Assembly: GCA_051649025.1 (NCBI GenBank)
Contig: JBOFGH010000003.1
Location: 4,261-68,260, forward strand
DNA length: 64,000 nt
Source: Eubacteriaceae bacterium
GTDB taxonomy: Bacteria; Bacillota; Clostridia; Eubacteriales; Eubacteriaceae
Direction of reading: 5' to 3'
Shown here: piece after piece, positions 1 to 8,886 of the stretch
How the letters are laid out: each line of letters opens with the position of its first letter
How positions within the stretch are numbered: the first letter of the stretch is position 1
The notes under the pieces: model-generated
Told to the model about the DNA's origin: nothing
What the model saw: only the letters and a program-made list of their open reading frames with translations
Database searches by the model: none
Made by a program: the position numbers and the translations under genes

Positions 1-253
1 GTTCCATTTGAACAGGAACTAAATAAGGTTGTGGTGGTGTGTGAAGAGCTCCTAAAATAGGTAACAGGAACATTCCGATACTTACCTCATACCCTTATTG
101 ATTAACATACAGTCTTCTAAATACCCGGGAAGGGCAAAACAAGTTTCTGGATTGATCTCACCGTTTGCGTCTAAATATTTTAAATTTAGTTTTCCTATGT
201 AAAAGTAAGCAGTCTCAACACTATAGTTACTTTTAACTCGATTTTTCCAAGGT

Positions 254-607
254 TTATTTTTTCTTGTCATCCATATGCTCTACACCCCATAGGCATAGTG
301 TATGGAGGATTGGCATAAGTGTTTTTCCACGCTCAGATAAATAATATTCGACTTTAGGAGGAACCTGTGGGTATTCATGCCGAACGATTAGGTCATCTGC
401 CTCCAGTTCCTTTAGTTGATTGCTAAGCATTTTGTGTGTGATTCCATCGAGGGATCTTTTTATTTCTCCATAACGGAGAATATCCTTTTTCCATAGCCAA
501 AAAAGAATATTTAATTTCCATTTTCCACCAATAAGGGCTAATGCGTATTCAAAAGGCTTGGAATTTACTTCTAATTCGCCAACCTTTGCACAATTGACTT
601 TATTCAA
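254..607 (-). CDS. HxlR-family winged-helix transcriptional regulator
   Basis: 117-aa ORF. GGKWKLNILFWLW..RYGEIKRSL..ITHKMLSNQLKELEADDLIVRHEYPQVPPKVEYYLSERG is the canonical HxlR wHTH signature. It is divergent from a flavin-reductase-like gene. Confidence 0.85.
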   Translation of the reverse strand: MNKVNCAKVGELEVNSKPFEYALALIGGKWKLNILFWLWKKDILRYGEIKRSLDGITHKMLSNQLKELEADDLIVRHEYPQVPPKVEYYLSERGKTLMPILHTLCLWGVEHMDDKKK

Positions 608-711
608 CTCATACTCTCCTTTTAGATAGTACCTTACAAAATAGTGCGTACTTGTTTTTTGTTATATTTAATTATATTGTAAGAGTATACTAAAATCAAG
701 GAGGAATCAGA

Positions 712-1254
712 ATGAAAAGAGAAATAGAGGTTTTTAAATATTCAAAAGAAATTTTAGAGGCTATGAAGAAAGGGATATTATTAACAACAAAGGTAGGGGA
801 AAATGTAAATGCAATGACTATTTCCTGGGGAATGCTTGGAATTGAATGGGAAAAAGAGATTTTTACAGTGTTCGTACGAGAAAATAGATTCACAAAAGTG
901 CAACTCGACAAAAATCCAGAATTCACGATCAATGTCCCATACGGAAAATTCAATAAAAAAATCCTAGGTATCTGCGGGACAAAATCAGGACATGTAACAG
1001 ACAAAATAAAAGAAGCTGAATTAACCCTCGAAACTCCACAGATTATCTCAGTACCAGGGATAAAAGAATTACCATTAACTTTGGAATGTAGGGTTGTTTA
1101 CAAACAAAAACAGGATTCGAGCAACCTTTCTAAGGAAGATAATGCTAATTTTTATCCTCCAAATATAGACAGTACATTTCATGGGGCAAACAAAGATTAT
1201 CATACTGCATATTATGGTGAAATAGTAAGTGCGTATATTATTGAGGAAAATTAA
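712..1254 (+). CDS. flavin reductase-like (FMN-binding split-barrel) domain protein
   Basis: 180-aa ORF with an AGGAGG RBS about 8 nt upstream. The N-terminal LLTTKVGENVNAMTISWG pattern is typical of flavin reductase-like domain proteins, and it pairs with a divergent HxlR regulator. Confidence 0.65.
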   Translation: MKREIEVFKYSKEILEAMKKGILLTTKVGENVNAMTISWGMLGIEWEKEIFTVFVRENRFTKVQLDKNPEFTINVPYGKFNKKILGICGTKSGHVTDKIKEAELTLETPQIISVPGIKELPLTLECRVVYKQKQDSSNLSKEDNANFYPPNIDSTFHGANKDYHTAYYGEIVSAYIIEEN

Positions 1255-1338
1255 ACGGTATAAAATATCTGCCTTTTCAGACGTTGAATCTTGCCAAAGG
1301 CATCAATATGAATGGAATAAGTTTAAATAGTTAAAAAT

Positions 1339-1368
1339 AAAAAAGAGAGTGTTTAACTCTCTTTTTTA
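1339..1368. terminator. bidirectional intrinsic terminator
   Basis: AGAGAGT-GTTTA-ACTCTCT hairpin (1344-1362) flanked by an A-run and a T-run, between convergent genes. Confidence 0.6.
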
Positions 1369-1513
1369 TTGGTTTAATTTGCTGTAGTTATCATAAGCAA
1401 CTTGTTGAAGATACAAATACAGTTTGAGATGGGTTTCTTATGAAGGCTTTCCTTTATAGAGATTGGAGAAAAGTGATTTCAAGGGAATATTTTCTTATAA
1501 TCTCTTTAAAGAT

Positions 1514-2065
1514 TTATTTGGGGTAATACAATAACATGCTTAGTTTAGCGACCACAGTCCCGAGATTTTTGTATGAGTGTGGAGTATCGGCTATAAAACG
1601 AATCGAATCTCCTTCATTTAAATGAAAGGTTTTACTATTGGCTTCAATTTTAATACACCCTGCAAATACAGTAATATACTCTTCGGTTCCTGACAGATGA
1701 GGTTCAGCTTGAAGACCGCCATCTGGGAAAATTAAAACTTGATAGGTTTCAAAGGATCGTTGTTCATTAAAATGAAAAATAGGGTAGTTAATATACTTGC
1801 CTTCATCATCAATGATGGGCTGTATCGTTGAGAAAGGAATGGTCGTTATTGGTTCTGGAGATTCTTCGATTAAAGATGTGAAGGAAACTTTATAGCCATT
1901 TGCGATTTTCCATAGAATTGAAATAGTCGGGTTTGATTCTCCCTTTTCAATTTGGGCCAACATACTTCGGGAGACACCTGTCACATTTGCAGCAGAATCG
2001 AGTGTTAATTTCTTTTGTATTCGAATGCCCTTGATGTTTTTAGATATTGCAAGATTAATATTCAC
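1514..2065 (-). CDS. XRE-family HTH regulator with C-terminal cupin domain
   Basis: 183-aa ORF. The N-terminal LTLDSAANVTGVSRSMLAQIEKGESNPTISILWKIA is an HTH_3 motif, and the C-terminal half has a cupin-like pattern (PHLSGTEEYITVFAG..GDSIRF..PHSYKN). Confidence 0.85.
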   Translation of the reverse strand: MNINLAISKNIKGIRIQKKLTLDSAANVTGVSRSMLAQIEKGESNPTISILWKIANGYKVSFTSLIEESPEPITTIPFSTIQPIIDDEGKYINYPIFHFNEQRSFETYQVLIFPDGGLQAEPHLSGTEEYITVFAGCIKIEANSKTFHLNEGDSIRFIADTPHSYKNLGTVVAKLSMLLYYPK

Positions 2066-2173
2066 AATTTTCTCCTTTAAATTGACATAAGATGAGATGT
2101 AAAGTACAATAAATAAACGTTATAATGTATTTTTAATCCATTATAACGAATTTTTTAGAAAGGAGCAAGTACG

Positions 2174-2755
2174 ATGTTGAATTGGATAAATTTTCTCACA
2201 TATGCAATTATTACAGCCATAACCCCAGGTCCCAATAATATTATGTCGATGTCCAATGCGAGCCGAATGGGCTTTAAAAAAGCCATCCCTTTTAATTTAG
2301 GGGTTTGGTGTGGTTTTTCAATTGTTATGCTAGTTTGCACTTTGTTTTGCGGTTTGGTTTCTCAGGGGCTTCCAAAAATTAAGCTACCCATGCTTATTAT
2401 TGGAGCCATTTATATGCTTTATTTAGCTTGGAAAACATTTAAAAGTTCTCCCCAAATTAAGGAAAATGATTCGAAAAGTGGTTTTACCTCAGGTCTTGTG
2501 TTACAATTCATCAATCCTAAAATTTATATTTATTGTATCATCTCGATGGAAGCCTATATTTTGCCGTATTACAGTAGCGAACCTTTGATATTATTTTTAT
2601 TTGCTATGTTGTTGGCCTTTATTGGGTTTGTTTGTACCCTTGGTTGGTCAATCTTTGGATCTATGTTCAAACTTTTGTTTTCGAAATATGCAAAGGTTAC
2701 AAACACAATGATGGCGTTACTCCTTATCTATTGCGCAATCACCTTGTTTTTCTAA
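2174..2755 (+). CDS. LysE/RhtB-family amino-acid efflux translocator
   Basis: 193-aa polytopic membrane ORF. The N-terminus AIITAITPGPNNIMSMSNASRMGFKKA matches the LysE-family PGP motif. Confidence 0.8.
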   Translation: MLNWINFLTYAIITAITPGPNNIMSMSNASRMGFKKAIPFNLGVWCGFSIVMLVCTLFCGLVSQGLPKIKLPMLIIGAIYMLYLAWKTFKSSPQIKENDSKSGFTSGLVLQFINPKIYIYCIISMEAYILPYYSSEPLILFLFAMLLAFIGFVCTLGWSIFGSMFKLLFSKYAKVTNTMMALLLIYCAITLFF

Positions 2756-2820
2756 TAAAATATAGTGATATGAGCTGGGGGTGGATTAGCAAAACACCTC
2801 ACTTTGATGAGTCCTATCAT

Positions 2821-4833
2821 TTACAGAGATTTTTCTTTGATAATTCCCTTTCGATAGGCAGTAATCAACATTTCTAAATCTGTGACTTGACACATCAGTT
2901 TTTTTCCAATATCGGTATCGCCAACACGTTGGCGTTCTAAAGTTTTTTCGACGACAGACAGTGTTGATTTTATATCGACGCCTTCAGAAATGGCTTTTTC
3001 AACAGATTCAAAAGGGTTGTGGCTAATGAGCAAAAGGCCATAAGAGTTATAGGTTAATGTATAGCCTGCAATCCCCGTTGTCTTTTGATAAGCTTTTGCA
3101 AATCCACCGTCGATGACAAGTTGTTTTCCCTTGGCTCTGATAGGACTTTCCCCAGAAATAGTCTTAACAGGAATATGACCATTAATGAGGTGTCCATCTT
3201 CAGGATCGACCCCAAATTCAACAAGAATACTTTTGGCAAGAAGATCGTCTTCATCAATTAAGCGATAAAATGGAGCATAACGCTCTTTGTGGGTTGCTTT
3301 ATCATTAATGAAATAACGTTCGAAGGTTGCCATCTTATTTTTTCCAAAAAGAGGAGAATCATTGTGACACCATAGAAACCATAAAAAATCGGAATTTTGG
3401 TTATAGGTATCCATACCAGAGTTACCAAAATAGGATTCTCTTGCCATTTGGTCATACTTATCCATAAGTGCTTTTCCGGAGTAATATTTTTCCCCAATTT
3501 TTACATCTTTAAAGCTACCGTCATCATTAAGAAGAACACAAGCATGAAAAAGTAAGTTATTATTATAAACTTTGTACATACTCCCTTTGGCGTACATAAA
3601 ACGAATATGTTTTTGAAGTTTTTCGCTATGTACAAAGGTATAAATAAGGCGATTGACAACGATGGCTTCATTTTCAGTGAGTGTTTCAGGACTTTGGGGA
3701 TCAACGGTAGGGAAGTGCGTATCATTTAATGGGTAGTCGATACCATCAACGGTGACACTTCCTCTTTCGTAGTTGATTTTTCTTAATAGTCGTCGATTTT
3801 CTTGGACATATTCGGGATGTCTCGAAATGAGGGTGTCTTCAAGTTTAAATTGAATAATGGCGATGGCTTTGTGCATCTTTGACATGAGAGAAACATCCTG
3901 GTCAGAAACAGTGTGGTTTTCTGGGAGCTTCGGCAAGAATTGGACACAAGGGTCATCAGTGTAGGTTCGGGAAGCAAAAGTGGCTAAGGGAAATAAGTTA
4001 ATTCCATAGCCATTTTCAAGCACATCAAGATTAGCATATCTCAATGCAATTCGGACAACGTTTGCAATGCTTGAAGGGTTTCCTGCTGCCGCACCCATCC
4101 AAAGGATATCATGATTACCCCATTGCATATCCAAAGAGTGATGTTGCATGAGTGTATCCATAACAACATCAGGACCAGGCCCTCGGTCGAAAATATCTCC
4201 TAAAATATGGAGATGGTCGATGGTCAATCGTTTAATAACGCCAGAAATTTTAACGATAAAAAAGGCAGCGCGATCAAGTTCAACTAAACTCTCGATGATT
4301 TCATTGTAGTATTCTTTTTTATTGAGTCGGTGTTCATCTTCTTGAAGGAGCTCTTCCATGATATAAGCAAAATCTGAAGGTAAGGCTTTTCTAACCTTTG
4401 AACGGGTGTACTTAGAGGCCGCAGCTCGGCAAACCTTAACGAGGCGATAAATGGTAAGTTTATACCAATTTTTTAGAGATTCAGGAGATCTAGATTCTTT
4501 AATCAAATCAATTTTTTCATCGGGATAGTAAATAAGGGAGCAAAGTTCCTCAAGTTCTTCAATACCAATGGTTGTGCCTAGTTCTTCATCAACTTTTCTT
4601 TTAATAGCGCCTGAAGCATTTTGCATGACATGGTTAAACGCCTCATGCTCACCATGGATATCGGTTAGGAAATGTTCGGTTCCTTTAGGGAGATTGAGAA
4701 TAGCTTTGAGATTAACGACCTCCCCAACGGCACTTGTAATGGTAGGAAAACTTTTTGACAAGAGATCTAAATATCTTTTGTTTTCTTCTAATTCGGATTT
4801 TGTAAAATTATTCATAAATAAACCCCATTTCAA
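2821..4833 (-). CDS. fbp: class 3 fructose-1,6-bisphosphatase
   Basis: 670-aa ORF with RYLDLLSKSFPT near the N-terminus and metallophosphoesterase motifs (LHILGDIFDRGP, GNHDILWMGAA), typical of Firmicutes Fbp class 3. The true start is probably the internal ATG at 4815 (MNNFTK...). Confidence 0.9.
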   Translation of the reverse strand: MKWGLFMNNFTKSELEENKRYLDLLSKSFPTITSAVGEVVNLKAILNLPKGTEHFLTDIHGEHEAFNHVMQNASGAIKRKVDEELGTTIGIEELEELCSLIYYPDEKIDLIKESRSPESLKNWYKLTIYRLVKVCRAAASKYTRSKVRKALPSDFAYIMEELLQEDEHRLNKKEYYNEIIESLVELDRAAFFIVKISGVIKRLTIDHLHILGDIFDRGPGPDVVMDTLMQHHSLDMQWGNHDILWMGAAAGNPSSIANVVRIALRYANLDVLENGYGINLFPLATFASRTYTDDPCVQFLPKLPENHTVSDQDVSLMSKMHKAIAIIQFKLEDTLISRHPEYVQENRRLLRKINYERGSVTVDGIDYPLNDTHFPTVDPQSPETLTENEAIVVNRLIYTFVHSEKLQKHIRFMYAKGSMYKVYNNNLLFHACVLLNDDGSFKDVKIGEKYYSGKALMDKYDQMARESYFGNSGMDTYNQNSDFLWFLWCHNDSPLFGKNKMATFERYFINDKATHKERYAPFYRLIDEDDLLAKSILVEFGVDPEDGHLINGHIPVKTISGESPIRAKGKQLVIDGGFAKAYQKTTGIAGYTLTYNSYGLLLISHNPFESVEKAISEGVDIKSTLSVVEKTLERQRVGDTDIGKKLMCQVTDLEMLITAYRKGIIKEKSL

Positions 4834-5045
4834 TTTTTCAAAATAGTAATTTTAGGAATTATATGTGTATTTAAATTAATTAACTTCTAATATAAAATTA
4901 TACACTGGGTTTACTTAAAAAGCCATTAAAATTACATCCCATCATAAAGAATAGAGAAGGAAAGTTGAGCATCAAATATTTTTAGAATAACCTTTCTTGC
5001 GATGGGTTAAGGAATATGATAAGATAAATCATTATAGATGGATAG

Positions 5046-5681
5046 GTGAAAATCATGGAATCAAAAATAATTACTGCTGTTGAAGGAATTGATGAAAAAA
5101 GAGCAATGGCTTTGGTTATTGCAGATATGGAAGCAGGGAAAGACAAGCGAGAAATATCCAATCAGCTTAATTTTGCACTTCAAAAAGTAGCGCTTCGATA
5201 TGAGCAGGGAGAATATTATATTGCAGATCTTATTATGGCGGGGGAACTTGTATCAAATTTACTTCAGGTCATGGGAATGGAAAGTGATCAGGTTATTCAA
5301 GGGAGATCTTTAGGGAAAATTGTTGTGGGGACTGTTTTTGATGATATTCATGATGTTGGAAAAAACATTTTTGTTAGTATGTTAAAATCAGAAGGTTTCC
5401 AAGTTATTGATCTTGGTACAGATGTTACTACCGAAAAATTTATAGCCATGATCAAAAAAGAAAAACCAGCAATTTTAGGAATAAGTGGTATTTTGACATC
5501 TGTTGTTGAAAATATAAAAGAAGTTATTGATGAAATCGTTGCCCAAAATTTGAGAGATGACATTAAAATCATTCTTGGAGGAGCTCTAGCAGGAACAGAT
5601 TACGCCAAATATGTTGGGGCAGATAATTATTCAAGTGATGCCATTGAAGGCGTTAGCATTTGCAAAAAATGGTTAACATAA
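5046..5681 (+). CDS. corrinoid (B12)-binding protein, methyltransferase-cognate type
   Basis: 211-aa ORF with an N-terminal helical cap plus a Rossmann B12-binding domain carrying the DxHxxG motif (DDIHDVGKNIF) and GISG(I)L. It is a paralog of the ORFs at 42004 and 58098. Confidence 0.85.
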   Translation: MKIMESKIITAVEGIDEKRAMALVIADMEAGKDKREISNQLNFALQKVALRYEQGEYYIADLIMAGELVSNLLQVMGMESDQVIQGRSLGKIVVGTVFDDIHDVGKNIFVSMLKSEGFQVIDLGTDVTTEKFIAMIKKEKPAILGISGILTSVVENIKEVIDEIVAQNLRDDIKIILGGALAGTDYAKYVGADNYSSDAIEGVSICKKWLT

Positions 5682-5693
5682 AGAGCAGGTGAT

Positions 5694-6401
5694 ATGATGA
5701 GAAAAATTTTATACCTCGATATCGTTAACGATATCAAGGGGAAAATAGAAAAAGGAATCTTAAAACCTGGAGATCTTTTGCCTTCGGAAAATGAAATGTC
5801 GGAACAATTTGATGTAAGCCGTACAACTTTGAGAAAAAGCTTAGCTTTACTTGTTAATGAAAAATACATCTACACAATTCCAGGGAAAGGGAATTATGTT
5901 TGCGAACCAACATCAAATCACTATCAGTTTTATTTTGATGAGATTGATAGCTTAAAAGGTGAAGTGGAAGAGGTTAAGTTAATGAGCGTTGGGGTTATTA
6001 GCCCTGGCAGAAAATTAATGCGAGAGCTTAAAATAGGGTCCTTCGAAAAAGTAATTAAGATTCAAAAAGCAGTTCAGATTAAGAAGGAATTCATTCAACA
6101 CTCGACGATTTTTTTACCCTATCAAAAAGGGAATCCGATTGTGGAAGATGTGATTAATTTTGCCAATTTTCATGGGATTATGGAAAAAGGGAAAATGCAA
6201 TTTCAATTAAAAAAGATTTTAACAATTGATATTGTCATTCCTCCTTTAGAAGTTCGAGAAAACTTAAATATTGAGAGTGGCGAGTGCTGCTTTTTAGTAT
6301 CTCAAAACATAATCTCGGTAGAAGATAATATGCCGATTAGCTACAATGAATTCTATATTAAGAAAAATTATTTAAATTTAACAGCAGAAACGACTTTATA
6401 A
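5694..6401 (+). CDS. GntR-family (HutC/UTRA-type) transcriptional regulator
   Basis: 235-aa ORF. PGDLLPSENEMSEQFDVSRTTLRKSLALLVNEKYIYTIPGKGNYV is a GntR wHTH motif, followed by a long C-terminal effector domain. It is a paralog of 58777..59481. Confidence 0.85.
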   Translation: MMRKILYLDIVNDIKGKIEKGILKPGDLLPSENEMSEQFDVSRTTLRKSLALLVNEKYIYTIPGKGNYVCEPTSNHYQFYFDEIDSLKGEVEEVKLMSVGVISPGRKLMRELKIGSFEKVIKIQKAVQIKKEFIQHSTIFLPYQKGNPIVEDVINFANFHGIMEKGKMQFQLKKILTIDIVIPPLEVRENLNIESGECCFLVSQNIISVEDNMPISYNEFYIKKNYLNLTAETTL

Positions 6402-6461
6402 AGAATATAAAGGCCTTTACATTTTACAAAGAATAGTGTAAAATTATCAAGCAGCAAAAGT

Positions 6462-6537
6462 GATCTCATAGCTCAGCTGGTAGAGCACTACCTTGACATG
6501 GTAGGGGTCGCTGGTTCAAGTCCAGTTGAGATCACCA
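6462..6537 (+). tRNA. tRNA-Val (anticodon GAC)
   Basis: Hand-folded cloverleaf: acceptor GATCTCA/TGAGATC, D-arm GCTC..GAGC, anticodon arm CTACC-TTGACAT-GGTAG (GAC), T-arm GCTGG-TTCAAGT-CCAGT, encoded CCA. Confidence 0.9.
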
Positions 6538-6603
6538 TAAATAGCATTACAGAGCCGTTTCTTTAATAGGGAACGGCTTTATTTTATCCTCGGTAACCGA
6601 TAG
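6500..6603 (+). repeat. attL: left copy of a perfect 104-bp direct repeat
   Basis: It is identical base-for-base to 14258..14361 (compared by eye). It covers the tRNA-Val 3' 38 nt, the tRNA terminator hairpin and the integrase 3' end. Confidence 0.85.
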
Positions 6604-7764
6604 GTAACCGATGGAAATTTCTTTGGAATAAATGGCATCGATTAAGGACGCTGTTTTTATTTTTTGCTTATTTAGAACATGCGTATAAGTATTTAAGGTA
6701 ACATTCACATCGCTATGGCCAAGAAGTACCTGAACCGTTTTTGCAGGAACATCTAGTTCAAAGAGTCTTGTTGCGTAGGTATGGCGGAGATCATGAAAAG
6801 TTTTACTTTCAGGAATACCGATAGAGCCGTAAACTTTTTTTAAAGACTTAAGGACATTAGAAGAATCAAGAGGGGTTTTTATCGGGGTGCAAAAAACAAG
6901 GGTTTCATCATCCTGAAACAAACCATAGGGATTAAAAACAACTCTTTGATCAAATTTATGTTCAAGAAGTATTTTTTTAATCCGTTCTGGAAGAGGGATT
7001 TCACGGTAAGAACTGGCTGTTTTAGTATCTGTAGAATACCGTTCCCTCTTCCCAGTCTCAAGATTTTTAACATAACTGAGATTCTTGTTAATGGTAATCG
7101 TGTTTTGATTAAAATCAATATCCCCCCAAGTTAAAGCGAATAATTCCCCTTGCCGCGCCCCAGTATCAAGAGCCACATTAAAAAGAGCTTGAAATTTTTC
7201 GACTTGAATAATATTTATAAACATCATATGTTCCTCAAAAGTAAGAGGTTTAATTTTAATTTTTTCGGTAGTTTTACTTAAATCTTTGGGAAGTTTAACG
7301 GATTCGGCAAAATTATGGAGAATCGCCCCATTATTTTTGGCATAACGAAAACAAGGGCTAATAATTTTATGGATATTTCTAACCACATTTTCACCTTTTT
7401 CCCTAAATTTTACGTTATAAAAATTTTGCAAATACGCCGCATTGACCATGCTCATTGGAATTTTACCAAAGTAAGAATTTTTAATGTGACAATTAAAAGT
7501 GGAATCATAACGGGCTTTAGTCGATGGTTTTTTATCAACTAAATGATTCTGATAAAGAAATTCTTTCACATAATCGGCAATGAGCTGTCGGGTATCGGTA
7601 ATTCCAGCTTGATTTAATTTATCCCACTGTCCAAATTTTTCTTTTAATTCTTTTAAAGTATTCCCATAAATAGTTTTGGTGTACTTGTGCAAAACAACAT
7701 CCCAATGCCGATACCGAAATTTTTTTTTATTGTGAATCGTCACCTTGTCATACTTTAAATTCAT
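6547..7764 (-). CDS. int: tyrosine-type site-specific integrase
   Basis: 405-aa ORF. The catalytic-domain motifs are ALDTGARQGEL (Arg), HDLRHTYAT (HxxR) and LLGHSDVNVTLNTYTH (His..Tyr). It lies immediately downstream of tRNA-Val. Confidence 0.9.
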   Translation of the reverse strand: MNLKYDKVTIHNKKKFRYRHWDVVLHKYTKTIYGNTLKELKEKFGQWDKLNQAGITDTRQLIADYVKEFLYQNHLVDKKPSTKARYDSTFNCHIKNSYFGKIPMSMVNAAYLQNFYNVKFREKGENVVRNIHKIISPCFRYAKNNGAILHNFAESVKLPKDLSKTTEKIKIKPLTFEEHMMFINIIQVEKFQALFNVALDTGARQGELFALTWGDIDFNQNTITINKNLSYVKNLETGKRERYSTDTKTASSYREIPLPERIKKILLEHKFDQRVVFNPYGLFQDDETLVFCTPIKTPLDSSNVLKSLKKVYGSIGIPESKTFHDLRHTYATRLFELDVPAKTVQVLLGHSDVNVTLNTYTHVLNKQKIKTASLIDAIYSKEISIGYLSVTEDKIKPFPIKETAL

Positions 7765-7779
7765 TTTAAACCCTCCCTT

Positions 7780-8169
7780 CTATCGTGCTAAACGCTCAAT
7801 TAAATGTTTGACCAAAGCCAGATCAACATCATTCAATTGAATTAATTTTTTCATCATGGGCAATTGCTCTTGTCGGTGGTATAAATGTTCTGCAATCTCC
7901 CTTGTTTCAGAGTTAATATAATAAGGCTCTTGCTTTACATTCTCACTGCCTTTTCCCAGTAAAAAACTAATATCCACATTAAAAAAATCTGCAATTTCCT
8001 CTAATTTTTCCACACTAGGTTCTCTTTTTCCACTTTCATACATGGCAATAGAACTATGACTAATCTCTAATTTTTTAGCCAATTCAACCTGAGTTAATCC
8101 CGTGCGTTTTCTTAAATAAAGCAAAATATCTTTAAAAGCATTCAATATGAGCACCTCCTTTATAAGCAT
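7780..8169 (-). CDS. XRE-family CI-like repressor
   Basis: 129-aa ORF with HTH LTQVELAKKLEISHSSIAMYESGKREPSVEKLEEIADFF. It sits between int and a divergent Cro-like gene. The likely true start is TTG at 8145, preceded by AAGGAGG. Confidence 0.8.
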   Translation of the reverse strand: MLIKEVLILNAFKDILLYLRKRTGLTQVELAKKLEISHSSIAMYESGKREPSVEKLEEIADFFNVDISFLLGKGSENVKQEPYYINSETREIAEHLYHRQEQLPMMKKLIQLNDVDLALVKHLIERLAR

Positions 8170-8256
8170 ATTCTATCACATTAAGTGTAAAAAATAAAGA
8201 AATATATTTCACATTAAGTATTTACAAATGTTACTAAATGTGATAATATAAGCTTA
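8170..8256. promoter_or_regulatory. divergent lysogeny-switch region with three copies of operator motif ATCACATTAAGT(G)
   Basis: The motif copies are at 8175-8187 (atcacattaagtg), 8209-8220 (tcacattaagta) and 8233-8244 (reverse orientation, actaaatgtgat), between the divergent XRE genes. Confidence 0.6.
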
Positions 8257-8502
8257 GTGAAAAAAGATAAAGAAAGGAAATGTATGAATTTTAGTAAACA
8301 GATGGGAAAAAATTTGGTTTTATTGCGTGAAGAAAAAGGACTGACACAACGAGAATTTGCAGAGGCTTTAAACATTAGTATTTCATCAGTACAGAAATAT
8401 GAAATCGGAGATCGTATTCCAAGGGATTATTTAAAAATTGAAATTGCTAACTTTTATGAGAAGAAAGTAGTGGATATTTTTTTTAATGATAAATGTAACT
8501 AA
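8257..8502 (+). CDS. XRE-family Cro-like regulator
   Basis: ORF with HTH LTQREFAEALNISISSVQKYEIGDRIP. The probable start is ATG at 8284 (MNFSKQ...). Confidence 0.75.
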   Translation: MKKDKERKCMNFSKQMGKNLVLLREEKGLTQREFAEALNISISSVQKYEIGDRIPRDYLKIEIANFYEKKVVDIFFNDKCN

Positions 8503-8511
8503 ATGTGAGAA

Positions 8512-8703
8512 ATGAGGAAAAAAGTGCAAAAAGAAATTTTAAACACTAAAGAAATTTGTGAATTTCTGGGAATTAGTCGTAGTACCATGCTTAAGTACGC
8601 TAAAAATGATCCGTTTTTCCCTGCCAAACAAACAGGAAAGCGATGTAAGTGGTTTGGTAATCGGGAAGCCTTAAGGCATTGGAGTGCGAAAAACCCCCGT
8701 TGA
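8512..8703 (+). CDS. excisionase-like / AlpA-MerR-type HTH DNA-binding protein
   Basis: 63-aa ORF. LNTKEICEFLGISRSTMLKYAKNDPFFP resembles Xis/AlpA-type HTH proteins. It sits in the early operon of the integrated element. Confidence 0.55.
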   Translation: MRKKVQKEILNTKEICEFLGISRSTMLKYAKNDPFFPAKQTGKRCKWFGNREALRHWSAKNPR

Positions 8704-8886
8704 CCAAGTCCATAAAAATGGAAGTCAAACAGGGGCACATAACAACATTCAAAGTATAACAGAATCTAAAAAAATCGCAAGGTTTTTTAAAAAGGAGGTT
8801 TTTTTATTGCTCCTAATTTTATAAAAACAATCCTAAATTTTGAAAGATGGCTAGAAGTTAACCACCTTTCAGGAAATGCCCAACTT

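Noticed and set aside
1-60. Open frame ending at TAG 58-60 (..VPFEQELNKVVVVCEELLK*), possibly the 3' end of a + strand gene
   Set aside because: Only 19 codons are visible, so the product cannot be assigned.
82-270. 62-aa minus-strand ORF downstream of the HxlR gene
   Set aside because: It overlaps the HxlR gene end by 17 nt, and I see no clear RBS or recognisable family. It may be real or a gene fragment, but the support is insufficient.
4834-5045. Possible cobalamin riboswitch upstream of the corrinoid-protein genes (also 41756-42003 and 57882-58097)
   Set aside because: I found no B12-box-like element (consensus around AGYCMGGAGACCKGCC) or the expected GC-rich multi-stem architecture. 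The leaders are AT-rich.
6603-6615. GGTAACCGATGG strings (also at 14153-14165) reminiscent of the 3' conserved end of c-di-GMP-II riboswitches (..GGUUACCGAUGG)
   Set aside because: Only this short string matches. The upstream conserved ACGCACAGGGCAAACC / GGGACGCAAAGCC elements are absent. One copy lies inside the integrase coding sequence, and the tandem 11-bp spacing fits integrase arm sites better.
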